A stretch of 64,000 bases of DNA from positions 13,392,001 to 13,456,000 of the forward strand of contig OZ024740.1 in the NCBI GenBank assembly GCA_964016885.1. Reading direction: 5' to 3'. Position 1 is the first letter of the stretch; each line of letters begins with the position of its first letter. Shown one piece after another: positions 50,001-64,000 of this stretch. The position numbers and the translations under genes were made by a program. Source of the DNA: Eledone cirrhosa (Eukaryota). The notes beneath the pieces are model-generated. The model saw nothing but the letters and a program-made list of their open reading frames with translations, had not been told where the DNA came from and did not search any database.

Positions 50001-53000
50001 ACTGGTGTTCTGTTAGTCAGAATGGTGTTCTGGTAGTCAGCCTGATGTTCTGGTAGTCAAAATGGTATTCTGGTAGTCAGACTGGTGTTCTAGTAGTCAG
50101 ACTGGTGTTCTGGTAGTCAGACTAGTGTTCTGGTAGTCAGACTGGTGTTCTGGTAGTCAGAATGGAGTTCTGGTAGTTAGACTGATGTTCTGATAGTCAG
50201 AATTGTGCTCTGGTAGTCAGAATGGTGTTCTAGTAGTCAGAATGGTGTTCTGCTAGTCAGAATGGTGTTCTGGTAGTCAGAATGGAGTTCTGGTAGTCAG
50301 AATCGTGTTCTGGTAGTCAGAATGGTGTTCTGGTAGTCAAAATGGTGCTCTGTTTGTCAGAATGGTGTTCTAGTAGTCAGCCTGATGTTCTGGTAGTCAA
50401 AATGGTATTCTGGTAGTCAGACTGGTGTTCTGGTAGTCAGACTGGTGTTCTGGTAGTCAGACTGGTGTTCTGGTAGTCAGAATTGTGTTCTGGTAGTCAG
50501 ACTGGTGTTCTGGTAGTCAGACTGGTGTTCTGGTAGTCAGACTGATGTTCTGGTAGTCAGAATGGTGTTCTAGTATTCAGAATGGTGTTCTGCTAGTCAG
50601 AATGGTGTTCTGGTAGTCAGAATGGTGTTCTGGTAGTCAGAATCGTGTTCTGGTAGTCTGAATGGTGTTCTGGTAGTCAGAATGGTGTTCTGGTAGTCAG
50701 AATGGTGTTCTGGTAGTCAGACTGGTGTTTTGGTAGTCAGAATGGTGTTCTGGTAGTCAGAATGGTGTTCTGGTAGTCAGACTGATGTTCTGCTAGTCAG
50801 AATTGTGTTCTGGTAGTCAGAATGGTGTTCTAATAGTCAGAATGGTGTTCTGGTAGTCAGAATGGTTTTCTGGTAGTCAGAATGTTGTTCTGGTAGTCAG
50901 AATGGTGTTCTGGTAGTCAGAATGGTGTTCTGGTAGTCAGAATGGTGTTCTGGTAGTCAGAATGGTGTTCTGGTAGTCAGACTTATGTTCTGGTAGTCAG
51001 AATTGTGTTCTGGTAGTCAGAATGGTGTTCTAATAGTCAGAATGGTGTTCTGGTAGTCAGAATGGTACTCTGGTAGTCAGAATGGTGTTCTGGTATTCAG
51101 AATGGTGTTCTGGTAGTCAAAATGGTGTTCTGGTAGTCAAAATGGTGTTCTGGTAGTCAGAATGGTGTTCTGGTAGTCAGAATGGTGTTCTGGTAGTCAG
51201 AATGGTGTTCTGGTAGTCAAAATGGTGTTCTGGTAGTCAGACTGGTGTTCTGGAAGTCAGACTGGTGTTCAAGTAGTCATAATGGTGTTCTGGTAGTCAG
51301 AATGGTGTTCTGGTAGTCAGAATGGTGTTCTGGTAGTCAGAATGGTGTTCTGGCAGTCAAAATGGTGTTCTGGTAGTCAAAGTGGTGTTCTGGTAGTCAG
51401 AATGGTGTTCTGGTAGTCAGAATGGTGTTCTGGTAGTCAGAATGGTGTTCTGGTAGTCATATTGGTGTTATGGTAGTCAGCCTGATGTTCTGGTAGTCAG
51501 ACTGGTGTTGTGGTAGTCATATTGGTGTTCTGGTCGTCAGCCTGATGTTCTGGTAGACAGACTGGTGTTCTGGTAGTCAGACTGGTGTTCTGGTAGTCAG
51601 AATGGTGTTCTGGTAGTCAGCCTGATGTTCTGGTAGATAGACTGGTGTTCTGGTAGTCAGAATGGTGTTCTGGTAGTCAGCCTGATGTTCTGGTAGACAG
51701 ACTGGTGTTCTGGTAGTCAGACTGGTGTTCTGGTAGTCAGCCTGATGTTCTGGTAGACAGACTGGTGTTCTGGTAGTCAGCCTGATGTTCAGGTAGTCAG
51801 AATGGTGTTCTGGTCGTCAGCCTGATGTTCTGGTAGTCAGAATGGTGTTCTGGTAGTCAGCCTGATGTTCTGGTAGACAAACTGGTGTTCTGGTAGTCAG
51901 AATGGTGTTCTGTTAGTCAGCCTGATGTTCTGGTAGACAGACTGGTGTTCCGGTAGTCAGACTGGTGTTCTGGTAGTCAGCCTGATGTTCTGGTAGAAAG
52001 TCTAGTGTTCTGGTAGTCAGCCTGATGTTCTGGTAGTCATATTGGTGTTCTGGTAATCAGCCTGATGTTCTGGTAGTCAGAATGGTATTCTGGTAGTCAG
52101 ACTGGTGTTCTGATAGTCAGAATGGTGTTCTGGTAGTCAGCCTGATGTTCTGGTAGTCAGACTGGTGTTCTGGTAGTCAGAATGGTATTCTGGTAGTCAG
52201 ACTGGTGTTCTGGTAGTCAGACTGGTGTTCTGGTAGTCAGAATTGTGTTCTGGTAGTCAGCCTGATGTTCTGGTAGTCAGACTGGTGTTCTGGTAGTCAG
52301 AATGGTATTCTGGTAGTCAGACTGGTGTTCTGGTAGTCAGACTGGTGTTCTGGTAGTCAGAATTGTGTTCTGGTAGTCAGACTGGTGTTCTGGTAGTCAG
52401 ACTGCTGTTCTGGTAGTCAGAATAGTGTTCTGGTAGTCAGAATGGTGTTCTGGTAGTCAGACTGGTGTTCTGGTAGTCAGACTGGTGTTCTGGTAGTCAG
52501 AATTGTGTTCTGGTAGTCAGACTGGTGTTCTGGTAGTCAGACTGCTGTTCTGGTAGTCAGAATAGTGTTCTGGTAGTCAGAATGGTGTTCTGGTAGTCAG
52601 AATGTTGTTCTGGTAGTCAGACTGGTGTTCTGGTAGTCAGACTGCTATTCTGGTAGTCAGACTGGTGTTCTGGTAGTCAGACTTGTTCTGGTAGTCAGAC
52701 TAGTGTTCTGGTAGTCAGACTGGTGTTCTGGTAGTCAGACTGATGTTCTGGTAGTCAGAATGGTGTTCTGGTAGTCAGACTGGAGTTTTGGTATTCAGAC
52801 TGGTGTTCTGGTAGACAGACTAGTGTTCTGGTAGTCAGACTGGTATTCTGGTAGTCAGACTGGTCTTCTGGTAGTCAGACTTCTTCTGATAGTCAGACTG
52901 GTGTTCTGGTAGTCAGAATGGTGTTCTGTTAGTCAGGATGGTGTTCTGGTAGTCAAAATGGTGTTTTGGTACTCAGAATGGTGTTCTGTTAGTCAGGATG

Positions 53001-56000
53001 GTGTTCTGGTAGTCAAAATGGTGTTTTGGTACTCAGAATGGTGTTCTGGTAGTCAGAATCGTGTTCTGGTAGTCAGAATGGTGTTCTGGTAGTCAGAATG
53101 GTGTTCTGGTAGACAGGATGGTGTTCTGGTAGTCAGAATGGTGTTCTGGTAGACAGACTGGTGTTCTGGTAGTCAGACTGGTATTCTGGTAGTCAGACTG
53201 GTCTTCTGGTAGTCAGAGTTCTTCTGATAGTCAGACTGGTGTTCTGGTAGTCAGAATGGTTCTGTTAGTCAGAATGGTGTTCTGGTAGTCGGACTGGTGT
53301 TCTGGTAGTCAGAATGGTGTTCTGGTAGTCAGGCTGGAGTTTTGGTATTCAGACTGGTGTTCTGGTAGTCAGATTGGTGTTCTGGTAGTCAGAATGGTTC
53401 TGGTAGTCAGAATGGTGTTCTGGTAGTGAGAATGGTTCTGGTAGTCAGAATGGTTCTGGTAGTCAGAATGGTGTTCTGGTAGTCAGCCTGATGTTCTGGT
53501 CGACAGACTGGTGTTCTGGTAGTCAGACTGGTGTTCGGGTAGTCAGCCTGATGTTCTGGTAGACAGACTGGTGTTCTGGTAGTCAGCCTGATGTTCTGGT
53601 AGTCATATTGGTGTTCTGGTAGTCAGCCTGATGTTCTGGTAGTCAGAATGGTATTCTGGTAGTCAGACTGGTGTTCTGATAGTCAGAATGGTGTTCTGGT
53701 AGTCAGCCTGATGTTCTGGTAGTCAGACTGGTGTTCTGGTAGTCAGAATGGTATTCTGGTAGTCAGACTGGTGTTCTGGTAGTCAGACTGGTGTTCTGGT
53801 AGTCAGAATTGTGTTCTGGTAGTCAGCCTGATGTTCTGGTAGTCAGACTGGTGTTCTGGTAGTCAGAATGGTATTCTGGTAGTCAGACTGGTGTTCTGGT
53901 AGTCAGACTGGTGTTCTGGTAGTCAGAATTGTGTTCTGGTAGTCAGACTGGTGTTCTGGTAGTCAGACTGCTGTTCTGGTAGTCAGAATAGTGTTCTGGT
54001 AGTCAGAATGGTGTTCTGGTAGTCAGACTGGTGTTCTGGTAGTCAGACTGGTGTTCTGGTAGTCAGAATTGTGTTCTGGTAGTCAGACTGGTGTTCTGGT
54101 AGTCAGACTGCTGTTCTGGTAGTCAGAATAGTGTTCTGGTAGTCAGAATGGTGTTCTGGTAGTCAGAATGTTGTTCTGGTAGTCAGACTGGTGTTCTGGT
54201 AGTCAGACTGCTATTCTGGTAGTCAGACTGGTGTTCTGGTAGTCAGACTTGTTCTGGTAGTCAGACTAGTGTTCTGGTAGTCAGACTGGTGTTCTGGTAG
54301 TCAGACTGATGTTCTGGTAGTCAGAATGGTGTTCTAGTATTCAGAATGGTGTTCTGCTAGTCAGAATGGTGTTCTGGTAGTCAGAATGGTGTTCTGGTAG
54401 TCAGAATCGTGTTCTGGTAGTCTGAATGGTGTTCTGGTAGTCAGAATGGTGTTCTGGTAGTCAGAATGGTGTTCTGGTAGTCAGACTGGTGTTTTGGTAG
54501 TCAGAATGGTGTTCTGGTAGTCAGAATGGTGTTCTGGTAGTCAGACTGATGTTCTGCTAGTCAGAATTGTGTTCTGGTAGTCAGAATGGTGTTCTAATAG
54601 TCAGAATGGTGTTCTGGTAGTCAGAATGGTTTTCTGGTAGTCAGAATGTTGTTCTGGTAGTCAGAATGGTGTTCTGGTAGTCAGAATGGTGTTCTGGTAG
54701 TCAGAATGGTGTTCTGGTAGTCAGAATGGTGTTCTGGTAGTCAGACTTATGTTCTGGTAGTCAGAATTGTGTTCTGGTAGTCAGAATGGTGTTCTAATAG
54801 TCAGAATGGTGTTCTGGTAGTCAGAATGGTACTCTGGTAGTCAGAATGGTGTTCTGGTATTCAGAATGGTGTTCTGGTAGTCAAAATGGTGTTCTGGTAG
54901 TCAAAATGGTGTTCTGGTAGTCAGAATGGTGTTCTGGTAGTCAGAATGGTGTTCTGGTAGTCAGAATGGTGTTCTGGTAGTCAAAATGGTGTTCTGGTAG
55001 TCAAAATGGTGTTCTGGTAGTCAGACTGGTGTTCTGGTAGTCAGACTGGTGTTCTAGTAGTCATAATGGTGTTCTGGTAGTCAGAATGGTGTTCTGGTAG
55101 TCAGAATGGTGTTCTGGTAGTCAGAATGGTGTTCTGGCAGTCAAAATGGTGTTCTGGTAGTCAAAGTGGTGTTCTGGTAGTCAGAATGGTGTTCTGGTAG
55201 TCAGAATGGTGTTCTGGTAGTCAGAATGGTGTTCTGGTAGTCATATTGGTGTTATGGTAGTCAGCCTGATGTTCTGGTAGTCAGACTGGTGTTGTGGTAG
55301 TCATATTGGTGTTCTGGTCGTCAGCCTGATGTTCTGGTAGACAGACTGGTGTTCTGGTAGTCAGACTGGTGTTCTGGTAGTCAGAATGGTGTTCTGGTAG
55401 TCAGCCTGATGTTCTGGTAGATAGACTGGTGTTCTGGTAGTCAGAATGGTGTTCTGGTAGTCAGCCTGATGTTCTGGTAGACAGACTGGTGTTCTGGTAG
55501 TCAGACTGGTGTTCTGGTAGTCAGCCTGATGTTCTGGTAGACAGACTGGTGTTCTGGTAGTCAGCCTGATGTTCAGGTAGTCAGAATGGTGTTCTGGTAG
55601 TCAGCCTGATGTTCTGGTAGTCAGAATGGTGTTCTGGTAGTCAGCCTGATGTTCTGGTAGACAAACTGGTGTTCTGGTAGTCAGAATGGTGTTCTGTTAG
55701 TCAGCCTGATGTTCTGGTAGACAGACTGGTGTTCCGGTAGTCAGACTGGTGTTCTGGTAGTCAGCCTGATGTTCTGGTAGAAAGTCTAGTGTTCTGGTAG
55801 TCAGCCTGATGTTCTGGTAGTCATATTGGTGTTCTGGTAATCAGCCTGATGTTCTGGTAGTCAGAATGGTATTCTGGTAGTCAGACTGGTGTTCTGATAG
55901 TCAGAATGGTGTTCTGGTAGTCAGCCTGATGTTCTGGTAGTCAGACTGGTGTTCTGGTAGTCAGAATGGTATTCTGGTAGTCAGACTGGTGTTCTGGTAG

Positions 56001-59000
56001 TCAGACTGGTGTTCTGGTAGTCAGAATTGTGTTCTGGTAGTCAGCCTGATGTTCTGGTAGTCAGACTGGTGTTCTGGTAGTCAGAATGGTATTCTGGTAG
56101 TCAGACTGGTGTTCTGGTTGTCAGACTGGTGTTCTGGTAGTCAGAATTGTGTTCTGGTAGTCAGACTGGTGTTCTGGTAGTCAGACTGCTGTTCTGGTAG
56201 TCAGAATAGTGTTCTGGTAGTCAGAATGGTGTTCTGGTAGTCAGACTGGTGTTCTGGTAGTCAGACTGGTGTTCTGGTAGTCAGAATTGTGTTCTGGTAG
56301 TCAGACTGGTGTTCTGGTAGTCAGACTGCTGTTCTGGTAGTCAGAATAGTGTTCTGGTAGTCAGAATGGTGTTCTGGTAGTCAGAATGTTGTTCTGGTAG
56401 TCAGACTGGTGTTCTGGTAGTCAGACTGCTATTCTGGTAGTCAGACTGGTGTTCTGGTAGTCAGACTTGTTCTGGTAGTCAGACTAGTGTTCTGGTAGTC
56501 AGACTGGTGTTCTGGTAGTCAGACTGATGTTCTGGTAGTCAGAATGGTGTTCTGGTAGTCAGACTGGAGTTTTGGTATTCAGACTGGTGTTCTGGTAGAC
56601 AGACTAGTGTTCTGGTAGTCAGACTGGTATTCTGGTAGTCAGACTGGTCTTCTGGTAGTCAGACTTCTTCTGATAGTCAGACTGGTGTTCTGGTAGTCAG
56701 AATGGTGTTCTGTTAGTCAGGATGGTGTTCTGGTAGTCAAAATGGTGTTTTGGTACTCAGAATGGTGTTCTGTTAGTCAGGATGGTGTTCTGGTAGTCAA
56801 AATGGTGTTTTGGTACTCAGAATGGTGTTCTGGTAGTCAGAATCGTGTTCTGGTAGTCAGAATGGTGTTCTGGTAGTCAGAATGGTGTTCTGGTAGACAG
56901 GATGGTGTTCTGGTAGTCAGAATGGTGTTCTGGTAGACAGACTCGTGTTCTGGTAGTCAGACTGGTATTCTGGTAGTCAGACTGGTCTTCTGGTAGTCAG
57001 AGTTCTTCTGATAGTCAGACTGGTGTTCTGGTAGTCAGAATGGTTCTGTTAGTCAGAATGGTGTTCTGGTAGTCGGACTGGTGTTCTGGTAGTCAGAATG
57101 GTGTTCTGGTAGTCAGGCTGGAGTTTTGGTATTCAGACTGGTGTTCTGGTAGTCAGATTGGTGTTCTGGTAGTCAGAATGGTTCTGGTAGTCAGAATGGT
57201 GTTCTGGTAGTGAGAATGGTTCTGGTAGTCAGAATGGTTCTGGTAGTCAGAATGGTGTTCTGGTAGTCAGCCTGATGTTCTGGTCGACAGACTGGTGTTC
57301 TGGTAGTCAGACTGGTGTTCGGGTAGTCAGCCTGATGTTCTGGTAGACAGACTGGTGTTCTGGTAGTCAGCCTGATGTTCTGGTAGTCATATTGGTGTTC
57401 TGGTAGTCAGCCTGATGTTCTGGTAGTCAGAATGGTATTCTGGTAGTCAGACTGGTGTTCTGATAGTCAGAATGGTGTTCTGGTAGTCAGCCTGATGTTC
57501 TGGTAGTCAGACTGGTGTTCTGGTAGTCAGAATGGTATTCTGGTAGTCAGACTGGTGTTCTGGTAGTCAGACTGGTGTTCTGGTAGTCAGAATTGTGTTC
57601 TGGTAGTCAGTCTGATGTTCTGGTAGTCAGACTGGTGTTCTGGTAGTCAGAATGGTATTCTGGTAGTCAGACTGGTGTTCTGGTAGTCAGACTGGTGTTC
57701 TGGTAGTCAGAATTGTGTTCTGGTAGTCAGACTGGTGTTCTGGTAGTCAGACTGCTGTTCTGGTAGTCAGAATAGTGTTCTGGTAGTCAGAATGGTGTTC
57801 TGGTAGTCAGACTGGTGTTCTGGTAGTCAGACTGGTGTTCTGGTAGTCAGAATTGTGTTCTGGTAGTCAGACTGGTGTTCTGGTAGTCAGACTGCTGTTC
57901 TGGTAGTCAGAATAGTGTTCTGGTAGTCAGAATGGTGTTCTGGTAGTCAGAATGTTGTTCTGGTAGTCAGACTGGTGTTCTGGTAGTCAGACTGCTATTC
58001 TGGTAGTCAGACTGGTGTTCTGGTAGTCAGACTTGTTCTGGTAGTCAGACTAGTGTTCTGGTAGTCAGACTGGTGTTCTGGTAGTCAGACTGATGTTCTG
58101 GTAGTCAGAATGGTGTTCTGGTAGTCAGACTGGAGTTTTGGTATTCAGACTGGTGTTCTGGTAGACAGACTAGTGTTCTGGTAGTCAGACTGGTATTCTG
58201 GTAGTCAGACTGGTCTTCTGGTAGTCAGACTTCTTCTGATAGTCAGACTGGTGTTCTGGTAGTCAGAATGGTGTTCTGTTAGTCAGGATGGTGTTCTGGT
58301 AGTCAAAATGGTGTTTTGGTACTCAGAATGGTGTTCTGTTAGTCAGGATGGTGTTCTGGTAGTCAAAATGGTGTTTTGGTACTCAGAATGGTGTTCTGGT
58401 AGTCAGAATCGTGTTCTGGTAGTCAGAATGGTGTTCTGGTAGTCAGAATGGTGTTCTGGTAGACAGGATGGTGTTCTGGTAGTCAGAATGGTGTTCTGGT
58501 AGACAGACTGGTGTTCTGGTAGTCAGACTGGTATTCTGGTAGTCAGACTGGTCTTCTGGTAGTCAGAGTTCTTCTGATAGTCAGACTGGTGTTCTGGTAG
58601 TCAGAATGGTTCTGTTAGTCAGAATGGTGTTCTGGTAGTCGGACTGGTGTTCTGGTAGTCAGAATGGTGTTCTGGTAGTCAGGCTGGAGTTTTGGTATTC
58701 AGACTGGTGTTCTGGTAGTCAGATTGGTGTTCTGGTAGTCAGAATGGTTCTGGTAGTCAGAATGGTGTTCTGGTAGTGAGAATGGTTCTGGTAGTCAGAA
58801 TGGTTCTGGTAGTCAGAATGGTGTTCTGGTAGTCAGCCTGATGTTCTCGTCGACAGACTGGTGTTCTGGTAGTCAGACTGGTGTTCGGGTAGTCAGCCTG
58901 ATGTTCTGGTAGACAGACTGGTGTTCTGGTAGTCAGCCTGATGTTCTGGTAGTCATATTGGTGTTCTGGTAGTCAGCCTGATGTTCTGGTAGTCAGAATG

Positions 59001-62000
59001 GTATTCTGGTAGTCAGACTGGTGTTCTCATAGTCAGAATGGTGTTCTCGTAGTCAGAATGGTGTTCTGGTAGTCAGACTGGTGTTCTGGTAGTCAGAATG
59101 GTGTTCTGATAGTCAGCCTGATGTTCTGGTAGTCAAACTGGTGTTCTGGTAGTCAGAATGGTATTCTGGTAGTCAGACTGGTGTTCTGGTAGTCAGACTG
59201 GTGTTCTGGTAGTCAGAATTGTGTCCTGGTAGTCAGACTGGTGTTCTGGTAGTCAGACTGCTGTTCTGGTAGTCAGAATAGTGTTCTGGTAGTCAGAATG
59301 GTGTTCTGGTAGTTAGACTGGTGTTCTGGTAGTCAGACTGGTGTTCTGGTAGTCAGAATTGTGTTCTGGTAGTCAGACTGGTGTTCTGGTAGTCAGACTG
59401 CTGTTCTGGTAGTCAGAATAGTGTTCTGGTCGTCAGAATGGTGTTCTGGTAGTCAGAATGTTGTTCTGGTAGTCAGACTGGTGTTCTGTTAGTCAGAATG
59501 GTGTTCTGGTAGTCAGCCTGATGTTCTGGTAGTCAGAATGGTATTCTGGTAGTCAGACTGGTGTTCTGGTAGTCAGACTGGTGTTCTGGTAGTCAGACTG
59601 GTGTTCTGGTAGTCAGACTGGTGTTCTGGTAGTCAGAATGGTGTTCTGGTAGTCAGACTGATGTTCTGGTAGTCAGAATTGTCCTCTGGTAGTCAGAATG
59701 GTGTTCTGGTAGTCAGACTGCTGTTCTAGTAGTCAGAATGGTGTTCTGCTAGTCAGAATGGTGTTCTGGTAGTCAGCCTGGTGTTCTAGTAGTCAGAATG
59801 GTGTTCTGGTAGTCAGAATGGTGTTCTGGTAGTCAGAATGGTGTTCTGGTAGTCAGAATGGTGTTCTGGTAGTCAGACTGGTGTTTTGGTAGTCAGAATG
59901 GTGTTCTGGTAGTCAGAATGGTGTTCTGGTAGTCAGACTGATGTTCTGGTAGTCAGAATTGTGTTCTGGTAGTCAGAATGGTGTTCTAATAGTAAGAATG
60001 GTGTTCTGGTAGTCAGAATGGTGTTCTGGTAGTCAGAATGTTGTTCTGGTAGTCAGAATCGTGTTCTGGTAGTCAGAATGGTGTTCTGGTAGTCAGAATG
60101 GTGTTCTGGTAGTCAGAATGGTGTTCTGGTAGTCAGACGTCTGTTCTGGTAGTCAGAATTGTGTTCTGGTAGTCAGAATGGTGTTCTAATAGTCAGAATG
60201 GTGTTCTGGTAGTCAGAATGGTGTTCTGGTAGTCAGAATGGTGTTCTGGTATTCAGAATGGTGTTCTGGTAGTCAAAATGGTGTTCTGGTAGTCAGCCTG
60301 GTGTTCTGGTAGTCAGAATTGTGTTCTGGTAGTCAGACTGCTGTTCTGGTAGTCAGAATAGTGTTCTGGTAGTCAGAATGGTGTTCTGGTAGTCAGACTG
60401 GTCTTCTGGTAGTCAGACTGGTGTTCTGGTAGTCAGAACTGTGTTCTGGTAGTCAGACTGGTGTTCTGGTAGTCAGACTGCTGTTCTGGTAGTCAGAATA
60501 GTGTTCTGGTAGTCAGAATGGTGTTCTGGTAGTCAGAATGGTGTTCTGGTAGTCAGAATGGTGTTCTGCTAGTCAGAATGGTGTTCTGGTAGTCAGAATG
60601 GTGTTCTGGTAGTCAGAATGGTGTTCCGGTAGTCAGAATGGTGTTCTGGTAGTCAGAATGGTGTTCTGGTAGTCAGAATGGTGTTCTGGTAGTCAGACTG
60701 GTGTTTTGGTAGTCAGAATGGTGTTCTGGTAGTCACACTGATGTTCTGGTAGTCAGAATTGTGTTCTGGTTGTAAGAATGGTGTTCTAATAGTCAGAATG
60801 GTGTTCTGGTAGTCAGCATGGTGTTCTGGTAGTCAGAATGTTGTTCTGGTAGTCAGAATCGTGTTCTGGTAGTCAGAATGGTGTTCTGGTAGTCAGAATG
60901 GTGTTCTGGTAGTCAGAATGGTGTTCTGGTAGTCAGACTTCTGTTTTGGTAGTCAGAATTGTGTTCTGGTAGTCAGAATGGTGTTCTAATAGTCAGAATG
61001 GTGTTCTGGTAGTCAGAATGGTGTTCTGGTAGTCAGAATGGTGTTCTGGTATTCAGAATGGTGTTTTGGTAGTCAGAATGTTGTTCTGGTAGTCAAAATG
61101 GTGTTCTGGTAGTCAGAATGGTGTTCTGGTATTCAGAATGGTGTTCTGGTAGTCAGAATGGTGTTCTGGTAGTCGAAATGGTGTTCTGGTAGTCGAAATG
61201 GTGTTCTGGTAGTCAGACTGGTGTTCTGGTAGTCAGACTGGTGTTCTAGTAGTCATAATGGTGTTCTGGTAGTCAGAATTGTGTTCTGGTAGTCAGAATG
61301 GTGTTCTGGTAGTCAGAATGGTGTTCTGGTAGTCAAAATGGTGTTCTGGTAGTCAGAATGGTGTTCTGGTAGTCAGAATGGTGTTCTGGTAGTCAGAATG
61401 TTGTTCTGGTAGTCAGAATCGTGTTCTGGTAGTCAGAATGGTGTTCTGGTAGTCAGAATGGTCTTCTGGTAGTCAGAATGTTGTTCTGGTAGTCAGACTG
61501 GTGTTCTGGTAGTCAGAATGGTGTTCTGGTAGTCAGCCTGGTGTTCTGGTAGTCAGACTGCTATTCTGGTAGTCAGACTGGTGTTCTGGTAGTCAGACTT
61601 GTTCTGGTAGTCAGACTAGTGTTCTGGTAGTCAGACTGGTGTTCTGGTAGTCAGAATGGTGTTCTGGTAGTCAGAATGGTTCTGGTAGTCAGAATGGTTC
61701 TGGTAGTCAGAATGGTTCTGGTAGTCAGAATGGTGTTCTGGCAGTCAGAATGGTGTTCTGGTAGTCAGAATGGTGTTCTGGTAGTCAGACTGGTGCTATG
61801 GTAGTCAGAATTTTGTTCTGGTAGTCAGAATGGTGTTCTGGTAGTCAGAATGGTGTTCTGGTAGTCAGAATGGTGTTCTGGTAGTCAGAATGGTTCTGTT
61901 AGTGAGAATGGTGTTCTGGTAGTCAGAATGGTGTTCTGGTAGTCAGAATGGTGTTCTGGTTGTCAGAATGGTGTTGTGGTAGTCAGAATGGTGTTCTGGT

Positions 62001-64000
62001 AGTCAGAATGATTCTGGTAGTCAGAATGGTTCTGGTAGTCAGAATGGTGTTCTGGTAGTCAGAATGGTGTTCTGGTAGTCAGAATGGTTCTGGTAGTCAG
62101 AATGGTTCTGGTAGTCAGAATGGTCTTCTGGTAGTCAGAATGGTGTTGTGGTAGTCAGAATGGTGTTCTGGTAGTCATATTGGTGTTCTGGTAGTCAGCC
62201 AAAAGTTCTGTTAGTCAGACTGGTCTTCTGGTAGTCATATTGGTGTTCTGGTAGTCAGCCTGATGTTCTGGTAGACAGACTGCTGTTCTGGTAGTCAGAC
62301 TGGTGTTCTGGTAGTCAGAATGGTGTTCTGGTAGTCAGCCTGATGTTCTGGTAGATAGACTGGTGTTCTGGTAGTCAGAATGGTGTTCTGGTAGTCAGCC
62401 TGATGTTCTGGTAGACAGACTGGTGTTCGGGTAGTCAGACTGGTGTTCTGGTAGTCAGCCTGATGTTCTGGTAGACAGTCTGGTGTTCTGGTAGTGAGAA
62501 TGGTATTCTGGTAGTCAGACTGGTGTTCTGGTAGTCAGACTGGTGTTCTGGTAGTCAGAATTGTGTTTCTGGAAGTCAGACTGGTGTTCTGGTAGTCAGA
62601 CTGCTGTTCCGGTAGTCAGAATTGTGTTCTGTTAGTCAGAATGGTGTTCTGGTAGTCAGACTGCTGTTCTGGTAGTCAGAATAGTGTTCTGCTAGTCAGA
62701 ATGGTGTTCTGGTAGTCAGAATGTTGTTCTGGTAGTCAGACTGGTGTTCTGTTAGTCAGAATGGTGTTCTGGTAGTCAGCCTGATGTTCTGGTAGTCAGA
62801 ATGGTATTCTGGTAGTCAGACTGGTGTTCTGGTAGTCAGACTGGTGTTCTGGTAGTCAGACTGGTGTTCCGGTAGTCAGACTGGTGTTCTGGTAGTCAGA
62901 ATGGGGTTCTGGTATTCAGACTGATGTTCTGGTAGTCAGAATTGTGCTCTGGTAATCAGAATGGTGTTCTAGTAGTCAGAATGGTGTTCTGCTAGTCGGA
63001 ATGGTGTTCTGGTAGTCAGAATGGTGTTCTGGTAGTCGGAATCGTGTTCTGGTAGTCAGAATCGTGTTCTGGTAGTCAGAATGGTGTTCTGGTAGTCAGA
63101 CTGGTGTTCTGGTAGTCAGACTGGTGTTCTGGTAGTCAGAATGGTGTTCTGGTAGTCAGAATGGTGTTCTGGTAGTCAGACTGATGTTCTGGTAGTCAGA
63201 ATTGTGTTCTGGCAGTCAGAATGGTGTTCTAATAGTCAGAATGGTGTTCTGGTAGTCAGAATGGTGTTCTGGTAGTCAGAATGTTGTTCTGGTAGTCAGA
63301 ATCGTGTTCTGGTAGTCAGAATGGTGTTCTGGTAGTCAGAATGGTGTTCTGGTAGTCAGAATGGTGTTCTGGTAGTCAGACTGATGTTCTGGTAGTCAGA
63401 ATGGTGTTCTGGTAGTCCGAATAGTGTCCTGGTAGTCAGAATCGTGTTCTGGTAGTCAGAATGGTGTTCTGTTAGTCAGGATGGTGTTGTGGTAGTCAAA
63501 ATGGCGTTTTGGTAGTCAGAATGGTGTTCTGGTAGTCAGAATGGTGTTCTGGTAGTCAGACTGGTGTTCTGGTAGTCAGACTGGTGTTCTGGTAGTCAGA
63601 ATTGTGTTCTGGTAGTCAGAATGGTGTTCTGGTAGTCAGACTGCTGTTCTGGTAGTCAGAATAGTGTTCTGGTAGTCAGAATGGTGTTCTGGTAGTCAGA
63701 ATGTTGTTCTGGTAGTCAGACTGGTGTTCTGTTAGTCAGAATGGTGTTCTGGTAGTCAGCCTGATGTTCTGGTAGTCATAATGGTATTCTGGTAGTCAGA
63801 CTGGTGTTCTGTTAGTCAGACTGGTGTTCTGGTAGTCAGACTGATGTTCTGGTAGTCAGAATGGTATTCTGGTAGTCAGAATGGTGTTCTGGTAGTCAAA
63901 ATGGTGTTCTGGTAGTCAGAATGGTGTTCCGGTAGTCAGAATGGTATTCTGGTAGTCAGACTGGTGTTCTGGTAGTCTGGCTGGTGTTCTGGTAGTCAGA
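26045..64000. repeat. 20-bp satellite, ~1900 monomers, consensus CTGGTAGTCAGAATGGTGTT; runs off the right edge
   Basis: Uninterrupted tandem array in a single orientation, with recurrent variant monomers and kb-scale block duplications. Confidence 0.99.

Noticed and set aside
26045-64000. Telomeric repeat
   Set aside because: No TTAGGG-type unit; this is a 20-bp satellite despite the G/T skew.

Overview
Repeat-dominated eukaryotic DNA. The SINE and repeat style suggest an octopus or other coleoid cephalopod, but that is recognition, not a database result. Two G/T-skewed satellites (24-bp unit, 1-9757; 20-bp unit, ~26045-64000) flank a ~16-kb island of nested mobile DNA. The island holds three tRNA-derived Meta/MESC-core SINEs (one expanded internally into a 40-bp minisatellite), an L1/Tx1 3' fragment, a Tigger-like MITE, a Tc1/mariner remnant and a Helitron-type 5' end. 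It also holds a 5'-truncated Penelope-like element (RT + GIY-YIG) with a 500-bp inverted pseudo-LTR. Two signals stand out. (1) About 10 minimal type I hammerhead ribozyme motifs of ~7 unrelated sequence families lie between 14.5 and 24.4 kb, in modules bordered by (TA)n tracts and often as fold-back pairs. (2) A ~3.65-kb putative rolling-circle (Helitron/Helentron-like) element carries a 3-exon SGNH hydrolase gene with 55- and 57-nt introns, a BACK-like ORF and an inverted-repeat-bracketed GC-rich cassette. No confident host gene was found; there is one weak candidate exon.
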